A DNA stretch of 64,000 bases from the human T2T-CHM13v2.0 reference genome, Homo sapiens (GCF_009914755.1 NC_060936.1); one strand, 5' to 3'. Shown: positions 1-14,129, counted from the stretch's first letter. A program made the numbers and translations. Notes: generated from the sequence alone by a model not told the origin.

Positions 1-1311
1 TCTATCAATCCTTCACCTCTGCACAAGCAGCCATGTTTCTTATTTCTAACACCGTAAATTAATTTGCCTGTTTTTGAGCCTCATTTAAATGGAATCATGC
101 AATGTACACGTTTTAATTTCTGGCTTTTATTACTCATCATAGGTTTTAAGAACTGACCCATAAATTTGAAATGTTCAATCATAAGTTATTTTTTTATCTC
201 TGAGTAACATTTCACTAGATTAATATAAATATACCCAAATTTATTTGTACACTCACTTGTTGGTAGACATTTCCACCCCCGAACACTCCATCATTCAGTT
301 TTTGATGATTATAAATAAGGTTTCTGTGAAAATTCTTATACAAATATTTCAGGAGAAATATGCTTTTATTTTGTGGAAGTAGAAACTTAGGAGTGGAATT
401 GCTTGTTCACATGGTAAATATGTGTTTAAATTGATAAGAAATTGCCAAACTATTTTCTAAAATAGTCATTGATTTTACAGCAGCAGTTGTCCCAAATTTG
501 GCTAATACTTGACATTAACAGTGTTTATAATTTTAGCCATTTTAATAAATTGTAATTGTAGTTTTAATTTGAATTTTCCTGATTACTAGTGATGGTGACC
601 ATCTTACATGCTTACTGTCCATTATATAACTTATTTTGTGAAGTGTCTGTTCAAATCTTTTACCCATTTTTATTGTTTGTCATTTTATTATTGAGTTCTA
701 CATAACAGACTATTTATAAATATAATGAATATTATAATACATATATAATATTTTTTTCTTAATCTGTGGCTTGTGTGTTTTTTTCCTTAACAATGTCTTT
801 TGAATAGTAGAAATTTTTAATTTTGATGAAGTCCAATTTATTATTTTATATTTTGATTAATGCCTTTTTATTCTAAGAAGCGTTTTCTACCCAAATATTA
901 TAAATACATTCTTTTATTAATTTTGAATTAACTTTTGTGTATGTATATCAGTTAGAGTTAGATATGGGTTAGGATTAGATATGACATAGTGTTCTTTATT
1001 TTCCATGTGGATATCTATTTGCACCAGATAATTTGTTGAAAACTTTCCTTCCCCTGTTGAATGTCTTTGTCATTTTGTCATCCATTGGCCATATAAGTAT
1101 TTGCATATTTCTAGACTCTCTATTCTGTACTACCAATCTATTTATGGATCCTTACAGCATACCACACAATTTTAATTGTTACAGGTTAATAGTAATTTGT
1201 GACATTAAGTAGTAGACGTCTGTTCAATTCATTCTTTCAAGACTATTTTGGCTATTTGGTGTACTTTGCATGTAATCATTTTATATATGTTAGAACCAGC
1301 CTGTTTCTACC

Positions 1312-1495
1312 AGGAGAAGAAAAAGAAAAGAAAAGAAAAGGAGAGGAGAGGAGAAGAGAGGAGAGGAGAGGCGACGAGAGGGGAAAGGAGGGGAAGGGAA
1401 GGGAGGGGAGGAGAGGTGAGAGGAGAGGAGGGGAGGAGAGGGGAGAGGAGGGAGAGGAAGGGAGAGGAGAGGGGAGGAGAGGAGAGGGAGGAAAA
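1312..1495. repeat. Compound polypurine microsatellite (AAAAG/GAGAG/GGGAA mosaic)
   Basis: About 185 nt of almost pure A/G. Confidence 0.95.
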
Positions 1496-1523
1496 CTTGC
1501 TAGAGAGGGAGGAAAACTTGCTA
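1482..1523. repeat. Perfect 21-bp tandem duplication
   Basis: gagagggaggaaaacttgcta at 1482-1502 and 1503-1523. Confidence 0.95.
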
Positions 1524-1689
1524 AGATTTTGATTGGGACCGATAAATTTTGGTGAAATTGACACCTTAACAGGTTGACTCATCCAATAATTTGATGTATT
1601 TCTTCATTTGTTAACTATAGTTTCTCTCAACAGTATTTTGTAGTTTTTCAGTGTAGATATCTTAAACATTTGTATTAAATATATTCCTT

Positions 1690-1820
1690 CTTTATTTTAA
1701 AAAACAGAGATGACATCTTGCTATGTTGCCCAGGCTGGTCTCAAATTCCTGGACTCAAGCAATTCTGCCCTGGCCTCCCAAAGTACTAGAATTACAGATG
1801 TGAGCCACCATGCCTGGCCT
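1690..1820 (-). mobile_element. Free left Alu monomer (FLAM_C-like)
   Basis: ttgctatgttgcccaggctggtctcaaattcctggactcaagc...gtgagccaccatgcctggcc, single arm. Confidence 0.88.
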
Positions 1821-3085
1821 ATATCCCCTTTTCATGATCTTATAAATGATAGAAGTTCTAAATTGTATTATCTAACTGTTGCTGGTTTCAAAAAATTCAG
1901 TTGATTTTTGTATGTAGACCTTGTAAACCATGTAACCTGGACAATTTTCTTAGTAATTGCATCATTTCTTTTCTTTTCTATTTGGCAGATTTTTTTTTTT
2001 TTAATTCACTATGAACACAGTTATGTTGACTATAAAAAATGTACATTTCAGTTTTTCCTTTCCAGTCATTACTATTTTTACTTCTTTTACTTGCTTTAAT
2101 GCACTGATTGGTAACTCCAGTGCAGTATTGTTAGAAATGAGGAGAACAAAGCTTAGCTAGTTCCATCAGAAAGGAAATAATTTTAATCTTTAAGTATGAT
2201 GCTAACTGTAATTTTTTTATAGATGACCTTTATCAGATTGAAGAGTTTTCTTCTATTTCTATTTTATTGAGATTTTTTAATGAATAGATACAAAATTTGA
2301 TCAAATGCCATTTTTGCATGTATTGAAATATCCACACAATTTCTTAAATGTTTCATAGAATTCACCAGTGAAGCCATTTGAGCCTAAAGTTTTATTTGAG
2401 ATAAAGTGTCAAATTAGGAGTTCAATTTACTTAACAGATATAAGGTTATTCAGGATCTCGATTTGTTATTGAATTAGTTTTGGTAACTTGTGCTTTTCAA
2501 GAAGTTTGTCCATTTCACCTGAGTTGTCAAATTTACTGGCATAAAATTGTTAATAATGTCCCCATATTATTCTTTGAATGCCTGTGGAATATATAGTGAT
2601 TGCTTCCCTTTATTGTTGATACTGGTAATTTGCATTTTCTCTCTGTTTTGTTGTTGTTCATTGTAGGCACAGTTTTATTAACTTTGTTTCTCTTTTCCAG
2701 AAACAGGTTTAGTTTCATCGATTTTCTCCATTTCCTGTTTCTATCCCACAATTTTCACTTATTTTTCAAAATTTTCTATTCTGCTTACTTCGAGTTTAAT
2801 TTGTTCACCTTTTGCTAGCTTCTTAAAGTGGAAACCTGGATAAAAGATTTTAGAGCTTTCTTCTTTTCAAAATCTATACATTTTCTCCAGGAGCTGTGTA
2901 AAGAACTTTCAGTATACTCTGATCAATTATGGAGGCTGTTTTATCCCTGTGATTTAGTTTATCAAGATTTCATTGCAAATGCTGCTTTTTCTTAATCTCA
3001 CGAAAGTATGATTTTAATTTTTTATTTATTTTTTATGTTTCTTGTTTTCAGCATGGGAGAAATGGTCTTTCAAATCCTTTTGCAT

Positions 3086-3410
3086 CCAGACTGACACGGT
3101 ACCTCACACCTATAATCCCAGCACTTTGAGAGGCTGAGGAGGAGTTTGAGACCAGCTTGGACAACATGGTGAAACCCCGTCTCTACTAAAAATACAAAAA
3201 ATTAGCCGGGATGGTGGCTTGCATCTGTAGTCACAGCTGCTTGGGAGGCTGAAGCAGGAGAACGCTTGAACTCGTGAGGCGGAGGTTGCAGTGAGCCCAG
3301 ATCGCGCCATTGCACTACAGCCTGGGTGACGGAGTGAGACTCTGTCCAAACCAAACCAAACCTAACCAAACCAAACCAAACCAAACCAAACCAAAACCAA
3401 ACAAAACAAA
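3086..3410 (+). mobile_element. Alu (AluS-like) with ~20-bp left-arm deletion and (AAACC)n tail
   Basis: Dimeric Alu with actaaaaatacaaaaaattagccggg linker; tail converted to ccaaa repeats 3346-3410. Confidence 0.95.
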
Positions 3411-4015
3411 AATCCTTCTATCTCTAACCTGGCTACCTGGTAGTGAAAGTTTATTTAATGACTGTTTAAAATACATATCCTAAACATACAGAGGTTCTGC
3501 TAAAATCTAGTTTATGAAACATTCATATATTCTTAGTATCTTTCACCAATTTCCTGATTTACTCCTAAGTAAAATCCTGGCATATTAATTCTGAATAATC
3601 TCAGAAAAATTACTTTAAAATTCAAAATGATAAATATTAGAGGTGTAGTTCAAGGCTTAGCTTTTCCAGGCAAGGAAACAACCAGTTATCATTTTAATTC
3701 ATTTCTCTAAATGAGTTACTAATCTAATTTCCAAGATAAGTTACTCAAAGAATCTCTTTCACATCTTTTTATTTCTGCTTTAAATTTTTAAGTAAAAAGA
3801 GTACTGTAAAGTGATCTTTAAGCATAAAATATCTTCAAAGATAAAAAGAATGAAGGAACATTTTATTCTATCATAAGACTCATTCAACAGATATTAAATT
3901 CTCTTAGGTGAATTTTCTTTTTAGTCTTTTCAATAAATGACAGCTATTACTTGTATTTTAGAACATGTACACTTCAATACTCAAAGAAATTGCCAGCGAT
4001 CTCTAAAGGTTCACT

Positions 4016-4324
<309 letters not shown>

Positions 4325-6261
4325 TCACATTTATCTTTGTGGATTAATCATGTCAGATAACCCTATTGTGAGAAGCTAAAGCCATACCCACTGGATGATT
4401 TTATTTCAATAGATTTCATTTTCTTCTTCTGACCGCCACTTTCTTTCTGGTTGCATTAGAGAAAAGCATAAAGAAGTCCCATTGTGAAGAGAAACCAGGA
4501 AAAAGCTTTGCTACAAGGCAAGAGCTAATACACTATTCTGTAGGGACTGATATTCATCTATTTTTCAATAAAAGCTAATGGTTCAATAGTCCCAATGCAC
4601 CCAGCTAATCTAGAAAGAAGTTGATGCTTGGGAACAGGGATTCAATCAAGATTCATGCATAAGTGCTATTACTACATATAAAATATACTTACACCTACTT
4701 GATACATGACTAATTTAAGAACATAACCAACTGACTTTAGCCTTGGCAACATTGCATAGACATTTGAAAATGTGATGCTACTGAATATACCAGTTTGGGT
4801 AATATAGCAAATGTTTATATCTAATTAGAAAATAAATAAATAAATTTCTGACCTGGAAAGCAGCCGTGCATTCCCAAGGTCCTTTAAAAGATTGAAAATA
4901 TTTAAGTGATGCCATTTAAAAATAACTCAGTGACTGCTGTTTACTATTCAGTATTCAGATATTCTAATAAAATGAAATAAGCTTCCCTATGAAAGGTATT
5001 TTTGCTGAACATTCCCAAGGGTAAGAGCAATTTCCTTTTTAGATGAGTAATGTGTTAGTTAAAGGCACGACTATGCTACGCATATCAAGATCTGTAAGCA
5101 GATAGGAATTCATGAGCAGAGAAAGAAAGCAAGTGAGAAATCAGGAGCATAAAATTCTGAGACAATTAAAGTTCTTAAATAGGTAAGAAACAGAATAGTT
5201 TCTGCATGATTAACTGCATGACTTGGGGATAGCACTGGGTAATCAGTGCAAAAATAAAAAAGTCTCCTAAAATACCTTCTCTTTACTTAATTATATACTC
5301 TTTCTTTAGATGGTTAATTTTAGTTAGCACAGAGAAATGACAATGTTAAATTGCTCACAATTGCATAAAGATATAGACATTTAAAGTGTGATTTTGATTT
5401 ACCAAATACTCCTAATATAAAAGTCACATGCTATTCTTTCCATCATTTCAGCCACAATAATATCAACTTTCAATTTTATTTGGGATTTTGTTCTGCATCT
5501 AAAGGCAAAAAGTTAATTTTTAAAAGGGGTGCAATGTACTCATGATGTGTTAAATGAAACTATGTTCATGTATATTTATGTGGGGTTTATGTAAAGCACA
5601 TGCATTTAATTGATATTTATTCAGTTGGCATCTTACTAACAAGTGTTTGAGTATTCTCTGGCATTTGAGTATGATTATATATATTTAATTTTTAATGGTC
5701 TACTTATGCTGAAAATATGTTAATATTGGTCTAAGCAAGTAGAAAGTGTACCATGGTGAGTTATTTCTTCTTGATATAATAGATATTATATTAAACCCTA
5801 AGAGTTGTATTACATATTGAACACTCATTGTGAAAGCTCTCTACTAGGACTTAAATTTGATCATGTGACTCTATAATCTCCTACACCTCTTCTTATTCTA
5901 ATACTGTATAACTATGTGTTTGTAGTTTTGACTTATAAAGGATAGAAGTAGGCCTAGTATCTTAACCCAAGGAAGTGCTGTGCAAAAGTTTTCAGATTAC
6001 CAGATTCATCTCTAGATGGCTGTGACCTTTGAGAGATTCAGAAGCATCAGCAACAATTGACAGGTTTTTTTTATTATTTAAGGTTAAAATGCATTGCTCA
6101 TTGCCTGTAAAATTTAAAGAGTGAACTTTGTATTCTGTAAAAGTTTTGTTCATCTGTAAACCAGAGTGGTCTGCAAAATGGTAGCTATTTGGCTTGGAAG
6201 CATATCTTTTTATTTGTGAATCCTAGAATGAAACTAAACAACCTCACAACAGTGGACTAAT

Positions 6262-6505
6262 AATATTTAATGTTTATTGACCACTAAATATATGCCAAGA
6301 GTTCTTCCAAATGCTCTAATATATGAACCTATGTAATCCTCACAACAATTATTTGAGACAGGTATTACAATTATTGTTATACCCATTTTACAGATGATAC
6401 ACATGTGAACAATTAACTTGCACAAGGTATAGTAAGTAGCAGAGTGAGAATTCAATGCAGACATTCTGCCTCCAAATTCCACATTTGTAATTAATATACT
6501 GTAGT
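6262..6505 (-). mobile_element. MIR
   Basis: taatcctcacaac...cccattttacagatg...aacttgcacaaggt core. Confidence 0.85.
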
Positions 6506-6694
6506 GTTTCTATGTAATAAATGTTCAATTGAACCATGTCATCTATAGTTCCACATCACTGGTTTTGTTTTTTTTTTTTTTAAATCACCAAATTAGATAA
6601 CATGGAGCATCCTATTGGTCTGTAACAGCTGAGTCCTGCTTGCAAAGGAGGTCATAGGGACCCAAGTTTTCAAGGTCTTTTCCTTCCAGACCTT

Positions 6695-7690
6695 TACTTA
6701 TTAATGTATTCATTTAAATATTAGGCAGTGTCTTAATCTGCTTGGGCCACTATTTAAAAAAGGAGCCATAGACTAGGTGGCTTAAACAGCAGATACTTAC
6801 TTTCTCACAGTTCTGAAGGCAGGGAGTCTGAAATCAAGGAACCAACATGGTCAAGTTTTGGTCCCTCTTCCTGGCTCACAGGTATTGCCTTATCACTGTG
6901 TCCTTACGTGGCTGAGAGAGAAATCTGTGTTGTTTCTTCCTCTTCTTATGAGGGTGCTAATCCCATCATGCAGATTCTATTCTTATGAGCTCATTGAAAC
7001 CTAATGACATCTCCAAAGGTCCACTTTCTAATACCATTACATTGGAGGTTAGAGATTCAAGTCATAAATTTAAACGGTCCCCAACATGGAGCCTGTAACA
7101 GCCAGCCACTGTTCTAGGCACTGGGGATGCAGTAGTGAACAAAGGAGACAAAAATGCCTTGCCCACATGGAACTTAGAGTCTCATGGGGAAAATAGTAAG
7201 ATAAACATGTAAAATAAATAGACTATTTGACGTTAGTAAGTGCTATAGGAGAAAAAAGAGGAAAGGAATGCTAGGAAATATAACGTGAAATTTGGATAGA
7301 ATGGTCGAGAAAGCCTTTCTGAGAATCTTGGTTGACTCAATCTGAATAGGCTATGCTGGGAGAAGGCAATTGCAAAAGACTTGAGGGGAGTTTAGGGGGT
7401 CTGTTCAAGACAACGAAGCAGGGTGGCTCAACTGGTGTGAATTAGACAGAAAGTGTAAGGGATTTGGTTAGAGAAGTAAAAGAAAGGCCCAGACCATGAA
7501 GGTCATTACAATTCATAATATGAACCTCAGATTTTATTCTGAGTAAAACAGAAGCTATTAAAGGATTTTGAGCAGAGGAGTGGCATGATTTGGACATTCA
7601 TTTGAACGGAATAATTCTGGCTGCTCTGCTGAAAAGAAACTGAAGATAGGAACAAGAGCTGAAGCACAGAGACCAGTTAGGAGGCTAACA
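6695..7690 (-). mobile_element. L2 3' region, split by an MLT1A LTR
   Basis: cactgttctaggcactggggatgcagtagtgaacaa; gattttgagcagaggagtggcatgat; gagaccagttaggaggct. Confidence 0.85.
6729..7099 (-). mobile_element. MaLR solo LTR (MLT1A-like)
   Basis: tgtcttaatctgcttggg...ggtggcttaaacagcag...tctcacagttctg...cctgtaaca; TSD-like ggcag/gccag. Confidence 0.85.
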
Positions 7691-8559
7691 TGTCAAATCA
7701 TTAAGAGATTAGGCAAATGGGTGCTAATCAAGCCTCATATGAATTGACCAAATGTTTTATTTGCTGCAGAGAGAAAATGTGAATATGATTTTAATGCTAA
7801 TTTGGGAAGACTTCCAAGAAAGTTGGCATAGTGCACAATGCATTAATCTCTCTCAAACCCTTTGACTGAACAAAAACAACCTTGAATTGGATTTAAACTA
7901 CATATACAATGAAACTAAACTGTCACAGTAAAGTCCATACTTAACATTCTGAAAGTAGTCTGCTAGAAAATATAAAATGAAGACATAAATGAAGTATTCT
8001 GTGATTGCAATAAATATTACTTGTAATACTAAATATGAAAAAGAGTTTAAAAGGTGGATGATAACATTCTGAAGAGCACTACTAAATTCTCTAACCTGCA
8101 GATCAATAGTGAGAAATGTTTGTGGACACATTTGCATTCTGTAGAACAGGATGGATAGTGAGCAAGAAACCTCTTGACCATACAAAATAACTTTTATTCC
8201 TAATGTAAGAGAAAAGGGAGCAGATTGTAGCAATAGCCGGATCAGAGGAGAGACAAGGAAAAAAAGGTGGAAACATTAGGGGTCAACAAAGATATCCTGT
8301 GTGTAAATTCAATAGCAACGTTCTGTGGGCCACAGATATTCATATTGGATGTAACTTTTCACAAGGTTGGTATTCATTTTTGGAAGCCTAGATATGGAGC
8401 TCCCATACTCACCTCACACCTATTTGACCAGAAATGCCAGTAGGAGATGGGGTTCAATGAACCTGTAGGAAAAATCAGCAAAATGTTGGCTGCATACTGC
8501 CCTTTCCCTTAGTGCCCACTCCTCCAAGCAGCTGAATAAGCTTTAGCAATTGAACAAAG

Positions 8560-10010
8560 GTTAAAGTCATCAACAACACGGAGCATTCCAATTTAAGATA
8601 TTGAGTGATACGATGGAAAGAAGGAAAGTCAAAGAGAATTTCTGCACAGTGTTTGGAAGCAATTATTGGCCTTAGTGAAAGTGTCTATACTGAAGTCAAG
8701 ATTAATTGCAGTATTTAATTGATACAAACGTTTTTCAAGATAATGAAAGAAGATAAAGTTGTACGCAAAGCATAGATAAGTCAGCTTTTTGAATTTTAGA
8801 AAAGGATGGCTTACTCTGTCCAGCATATTAAAGATATCAAAGATAAGATAAAAATATCAAATAAATTATCAATTGGAAAAGGAGCTACTACAACTAATAA
8901 AACTGATAATTTCAAAAACATATTGAAAAGAGCAAAAACATACTATTAGTGTTTTTTCGATGGCATACCAGACAAATTTGAAGAGTACAAATACAACACT
9001 GAGAAAAAGGGAAAGAAATTAATGTTCTCAATGCAAAAACTTGATTGGAAAAATTTGACTGGACGAAGTTAAACAAGTAAGGAAGATTTTATTCAAGGCT
9101 ATTGCAATAACAAAGAAAAAACAGAAGGCAATGTGACCGTGACTCTGCTAAAAAAGGAGCAAGAGAATTTTTAAGCTCTGGAGTACGGAGATCATAGTCT
9201 ATATGTATGTGCTAATTGGCCTCACCCAAAGGAAAAGTAAGCTTTTTCATATCTTCATGACAGGCGATAATTACACAACTTGGGGAAAGACTAGCTAGTC
9301 TCCTACCCTCCTACGAAGATTGGGAGATAGTGGTGCTATCTCTTTTAATGATTATGATTCAAAGGGATGGCTCCCAGGTCCGTGAAAAGACAGTCCTGTG
9401 TTGTAACACAGACAACAGGATTTTTAAAAAATTTAAATTGCACAGAATCAGAGAAGGAATTTATAATGAAAAAATATTTAAGTAAATGTTTTAAGAAAAG
9501 GGAAAGAGGGACCTCTGTGACTAGTGACTGGGTTGAGGAGAAGATCAGGAAGAAACCTGTCTAAAGTATAGACAAGTTGAGGGTAGTGTTGAGGCCATGT
9601 TAGTCCATATAGATAATATAGTTCGTATGGAGGCCAGACAATGAAGTTTCTATGCACAGATTCGCATAGAAAATACTTTCACAGACATAAAGGAAGAATA
9701 ATTCCTGAAATCAAATAATACCTGAATCAGTACATCAAAATATGACTGTTCTAGGACAATTTAACACCGAGTTTTATCTTGATGAAACAACTAAACTTTG
9801 AGCAAAAACAGTTGCCAGTTCCCACAAGTTGCCAGGGCAGCAGGAGCACGGTGAACATAAAACAATTCCAAAGGAGACAAAATATTTAGCCAGGCCACCT
9901 TCAGACCTCAGACATCAAAAGGTATGGTTCAATGTCATGAGTATTCCCAGAGACTAGTAGATTGCAGAGAGAAATATATATCAAGCCAAAGAATTTTGGT
10001 TTTATTTTAT
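8560..10010 (+). mobile_element. Highly decayed L1 ORF1/HAL1-like fragment, split by an LTR
   Basis: A-rich sense strand with ORF1-like remnants (aaggaagaataattcctgaaatcaaa...cctgaatcag); weak resemblance only. Confidence 0.35.
9045..9605 (-). mobile_element. ERV1-class solo LTR (MER67/MER31-like)
   Basis: ttcaaagggatggctcccaggtcc, aagtaaatgttttaagaaaaggg, antisense polyA signal (ttttatt) near the left end. Confidence 0.65.
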
Positions 10011-10269
10011 GTGAAAAGTCAGTTTTTCCCAACTGGATGTTCCAAAATCAATGCATGCTACAGTCTTTCTCCACTCCATCTTTTAAGATTCAGTTCATCT
10101 ATTAGCACATTAGAGTCAAGAAGTTCCACACAAGCATATGTAACTTTTGGTAACAAATATTTCCTAAATTATTTGACAGCCAAAACATGTTTTGAGGAGC
10201 AACTTTTAATGCTGCCTAAATTAAGTAATGTTCCCTCAAAATACTGTCTTAGGTCATTTAATCAAAACA

Positions 10270-10415
10270 TCAACATAAACAGATGGATGTTTAGGGAGAT
10301 TAACACAGGGTTTTGAATAGAATGGATTGAAAGCCAGAAGAGCTCACAAACTGGAAAGCCATTGAGATGACTATTGCAATAAGCCAGACAGGGGGAGATG
10401 ACAGCCTAGAGAGTT
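10270..10415 (-). mobile_element. L2 fragment
   Basis: gactattgcaataagccagacagggggagatgacagcctag. Confidence 0.5.
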
Positions 10416-10779
10416 ATAAAGAAAGAATTGCTAAAATGCCTTCCTGAGTTTCTTTTGCTGAAATGCCCTATTCTCTCCTCTCCAGCTTGGATTTTAAATA
10501 ATTGTTAAAAAAAAAAAAAACTTAAACAAGGATAATATGATACTACCATTTACTACTTAACAAATTGTAATCACAAGTTTTCCCCTTATTTCTGTAATCT
10601 TCTCACTTTTATTTGAATGGACACACAGGCTTTTAAGAATAGATTAACTAGTTAAAGTGAATGTAATAACCAATCAACATTAAAAATCAGTGTTGGCAGG
10701 CTCTGCCCACTATGCATCTCTAAAAATTGCTAATTATCTTAATATACAAGGTCAAATCCCACTGCTTCACCTAGAATTC

Positions 10780-11010
10780 CCAGATCATGCTGTCACATAT
10801 TAACTCTTTCATCTCTGAATTATGTTGGCATTTACTTCCTCTATTACTGTAATATATCTTGCCTTAATTTGTCTTTTTAAATGTATTTATTCTTATTACT
10901 CATCTATATTGTAAGCTACTCTATGGAAGGAATCTTCTCGTGCTTTCCTTTCAGTACCATCTATGGACCTATTGCACAAAGCACAAAATAAGTAATAATT
11001 GATTATTTTA
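10780..11010 (+). mobile_element. L2 3' end fragment
   Basis: tatattgtaagctactctatggaaggaatc motif and degenerate terminus. Confidence 0.5.
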
Positions 11011-11229
11011 CATATTCTACTTCCCTTGATTTTCTACTATATAATAGAGAGGCTGTGAATTTTACTTAAGTATTCTCTGTATATTGAAGAGAAATTGAAT
11101 GGAATAGGGCACTTTCTCATCGATGAAAAGTTTTTGTCATCCAAAAATATAAACTTAAAGGGTACTTATATTCGCAGTTAAGTTAGTTGGAAATTATTAC
11201 AATTTTTGAACTTTCCATTAAATTTATTA

Positions 11230-11788
11230 CAGATGGTTCCTGATATAGTTTGGATGTGTGTCCCTGCCCAAATATCATATTGAAATGTAATTCCCAGTGT
11301 TGGAGGTGGGGCCTGGTGGCCTAGTGGAAGGTGATTGGATCATGGGGACAGATTTCTCATGAATGACTTAGCACCATTCCCGTTGGTACTGTCCTTGTGA
11401 TAATGAGTAAGTTATTGTGAGATCAGTTCATTTAAAAGTGTGTAGCATCTCCCCCAAGTTCTCTTGCTCCTGCTCCCACCATGTGAGACGCCTGCTCCGC
11501 CTACACCTTCTGCCATAATTGTAAGCTTCCAGAGGCCTCCCTAAAAGCTGAGCAGAAGTGAGCATCATGCTTTCTGTATAGCCCGCCAAACCATGAGCCA
11601 ATTAATTCCCTTTTATATAAATTACCCAGTCTCAGGTATTTCTTTAGAGCAATGCAAGAATGGTCTAATACAGTCCCAGACTTACAAAGTTTTGACTTTG
11701 CATTTATCAGGGTAGTAGATGCAGTTTTGACATTTTGATTATGGGTTTATTAGGAAGTAACATCATTGTAAGTAAAAAAAAAAATCTG
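11230..11788. mobile_element. Tigger5/MER47-like DNA transposon remnant, split by an MST LTR
   Basis: TA|cagatggttcc..cagacttac at the left end, cattgtaagt..atctg|TA at the right end. Confidence 0.7.
11241..11672 (+). mobile_element. MaLR solo LTR (MSTB-like)
   Basis: tgatatagtttggatgtgtgtccc...gcaatgcaagaatggtctaataca; 5-bp TSD gttcc/gtccc. Confidence 0.93.
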
Positions 11789-12030
11789 TATATTTCATTG
11801 TAAAACAAGATAACTGATAATATATCATCAAAAACATTCAGCCTTAGAGCTTGTATGGAAACAAAAGTTCATATTCATTTTCTTCTAGGCAGCCAGAAGT
11901 GAATACAAACCAAGCATTAAAGTTGCCTACCTTCCTTTTTTAAAAAATCAATTTTTATAGTGATACAATATAATTTCTGGAGCCAATGAAATCAATAAAA
12001 TTCGGTTTTAATCACAGCCTTTGTTTTACT

Positions 12031-12384
12031 TGCTAACTGACCTAAAGGCTGCCATAGCAAAATACCACAGTTTGGGTGGCTGAAACAACAGAAATTTATT
12101 TTCTCACTGTTTTGGAGGCTGGAAGTCTATGATCAACTTGTTGGCAAGTTTGGTTTCTCCTGAGACCTCTCTCCTTGTCTTGCAAATACCTGCCTTCTTG
12201 CTGTTCTCACACAATCTTTCTTCTGTGTTCATGTGAATTCATGGTATCTCTTCATGTTGGATTAAGGCCTGCTTTTATGGCCTCATTTAACCTAATTTCT
12301 CCTGAAAGGCCTTATCTTCGAATGCAATTATATTGAGAGTTAGGACTTCAACATATGAATTTGGGGGAACATCATTCAGTCCCA
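12031..12384 (-). mobile_element. MaLR LTR (MLT1B-like)
   Basis: ggctgccatagcaaaataccacag...aacaacagaaatttattttctcac...gttaggacttcaacatatgaatttggggg. Confidence 0.85.
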
Positions 12385-13745
12385 CTCTCTGCATGTCCCC
12401 CACAATTCATGTCCTCTCTCATGCAAAATACATTCACCCCTCGCAATAGTCTGACACATCTTAACTAATTCCAGGATCAACTCTAAATCCAGAGTATCAT
12501 CTACATATATAAATTAGGTAGCCGTGAAACTTGAAGTATGATTTATCTTGAAGTTAAATTTCTCTCTAGCTGTGAACCTGTGAAACTCGATGAGTTATAT
12601 GCTTCCCACATACAATGTGGAACTAGGATAGGGTAGACATTCTCACTCAAAGGGAGAAATTGATAAGAAGTCAGGGGTGACAGGTCCCCAATAAGTTCAA
12701 AATCTATCAAGGCAAACTCCATTAGATCATAAGGCTCAGAATAATCCTCTTCGTCTCAACGATTGTGGCAGCATCATCCCCACAGCCCTAGAAGGTAGAA
12801 CCACCACCATCATTCTGGGCAGCGAGGTTTGTTTCTGAGGCACTGGCTGGCAGTGGCAAGGCCTGCTGAAACCAAGAATGAAACAGGCTTGACTTTTGAA
12901 ACCAAGAAGAAAACAACTTTGCATCCTCCCCAGTCCTGACCACTCAGGTCCAGTGATGAAGATGTCAGAATTAAAGATCTCTGAATCACCTTCAGAGTCG
13001 TTCTTTTCTTTTCTTGAAGGATGGTGCACATTTTTACACAAATAGCTCTATTGCCCCATCCTGCAGAATCTAGAAGTCTGCTAGCCTTGTTTTATTTTGT
13101 TCTGTTTCTGTTACTTTTTGTCCCAGCTGGCAGTGTTTCTACTGGTATAAACTTCTGTTCCTAGTTTCTGCTGATGAAAGATTAAATCCATGAGTCACAC
13201 CTATCATCTCTTTATTAAATGATTTTTCCAGTCACCCCCCTGGTCTTTTCTCCAGAATACACTTTCTCCTTTTTCACAATATACATAGGTTGGGAATTTT
13301 TTAAATCTTTACTTCTGTCTTCCTTTTACTTAACAATCCCTTCAATTTATCTCCCTCCTCTTACATTTTACTATAAGCAGTAAGGAGAACTAGACAATAT
13401 CTTCAACACTTCTTAGAAATCTCCTTAGCTAAATATCCAAGTTTATCATTTTTAACTTTTGATTTTCTTAACACATTAGAAAACAATTGAGCCAAGTTCT
13501 TTGCCACTTTATAACAAGGAAAGACTTTCCTCCAGTTTCCATTGACTTATTATTCCTCATTTCTATCCGAGACCTCACCAGAATCACCTTTAAGGTCTAT
13601 GTTCCTACCAACCAGCTCTTTAAGACAATGTAGGCATTTTTCAACATGCACCTCAAAACTTTTTCAACCCATTACCAGTTTCAAAGCCATTTTTACCTGT
13701 GTAGGTATTTGTTACAGCAGTATTCCACTTCACAGTATCAAAATC
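12385..13745 (-). mobile_element. MaLR internal region (MLT1-int)
   Basis: ttcatgtcctctctcatgcaaaatacattca at one end; minus strand starts gattttgatactgtgaagtggaatactgctgtaacaaatacct, the MLT1-int 5' start. Confidence 0.8.
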
Positions 13746-14129
13746 TGTATTAGTCAGCATTCTCTAGAGAAAGAGAACTAATAGAATATATAGATGATTA
13801 ATTTATTATAAGGAATTGGAGGCCAAAATCTGTAGTTTAGGCCAATAGATTCAATACCAGGAGAGTAGATTCTATAGTTCCAATGAGAAGACTGGCTGTA
13901 GCCTGGAGACCCAGGAGCGCCAATAGTGCAGATGGAATCCAAAGGCAGTCTGCTGAATTCCCTCTTGCATAGGGGGGCAGGTCTTTTTGTTCTAGTCAGA
14001 CCTTCAGTTGGTTGGATGAGGCTCATCCGTATTATAAAAGGCAATCTGCTTTACCGAAAGTCCACTGATTTAAATGCTAATCTCATTCAAACACAGCCTC
14101 CAAGTTGGCATATAAATGTAACCATCAAA
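13746..14129 (-). mobile_element. ERVL LTR (MLT2C/D-like)
   Basis: tgtattagtcagcattctctagagaaagagaac...tttattataaggaattgg...ggcaatctgcttta...gatttaaatgctaatctcat...aaccatca. Confidence 0.85.

Larger units (their letters stand above)
1..2890 (-). mobile_element. Ancient L1 (L1M/L1ME-type) 3'UTR plus ORF2 fragments, interrupted by a purine tract and a FLAM
   Basis: Antisense L1 motifs: aaatggaatcatgcaatgtac, gaaattgccaaactattttc, ttttgatgaagtccaattta, tagaattcaccagtgaagccatttgagcc. Confidence 0.85.

Noticed and set aside
1199-1582. Three overlapping 91-118 aa ORFs rich in E/R/G or S/P/L
   Set aside because: Translations of the purine microsatellite inside an L1; low complexity, not genes.
3052-3098. 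Acceptor ttttcag followed by ATG (possible exon)
   Set aside because: Runs into the Alu 5' end with only a weak donor; no other support.
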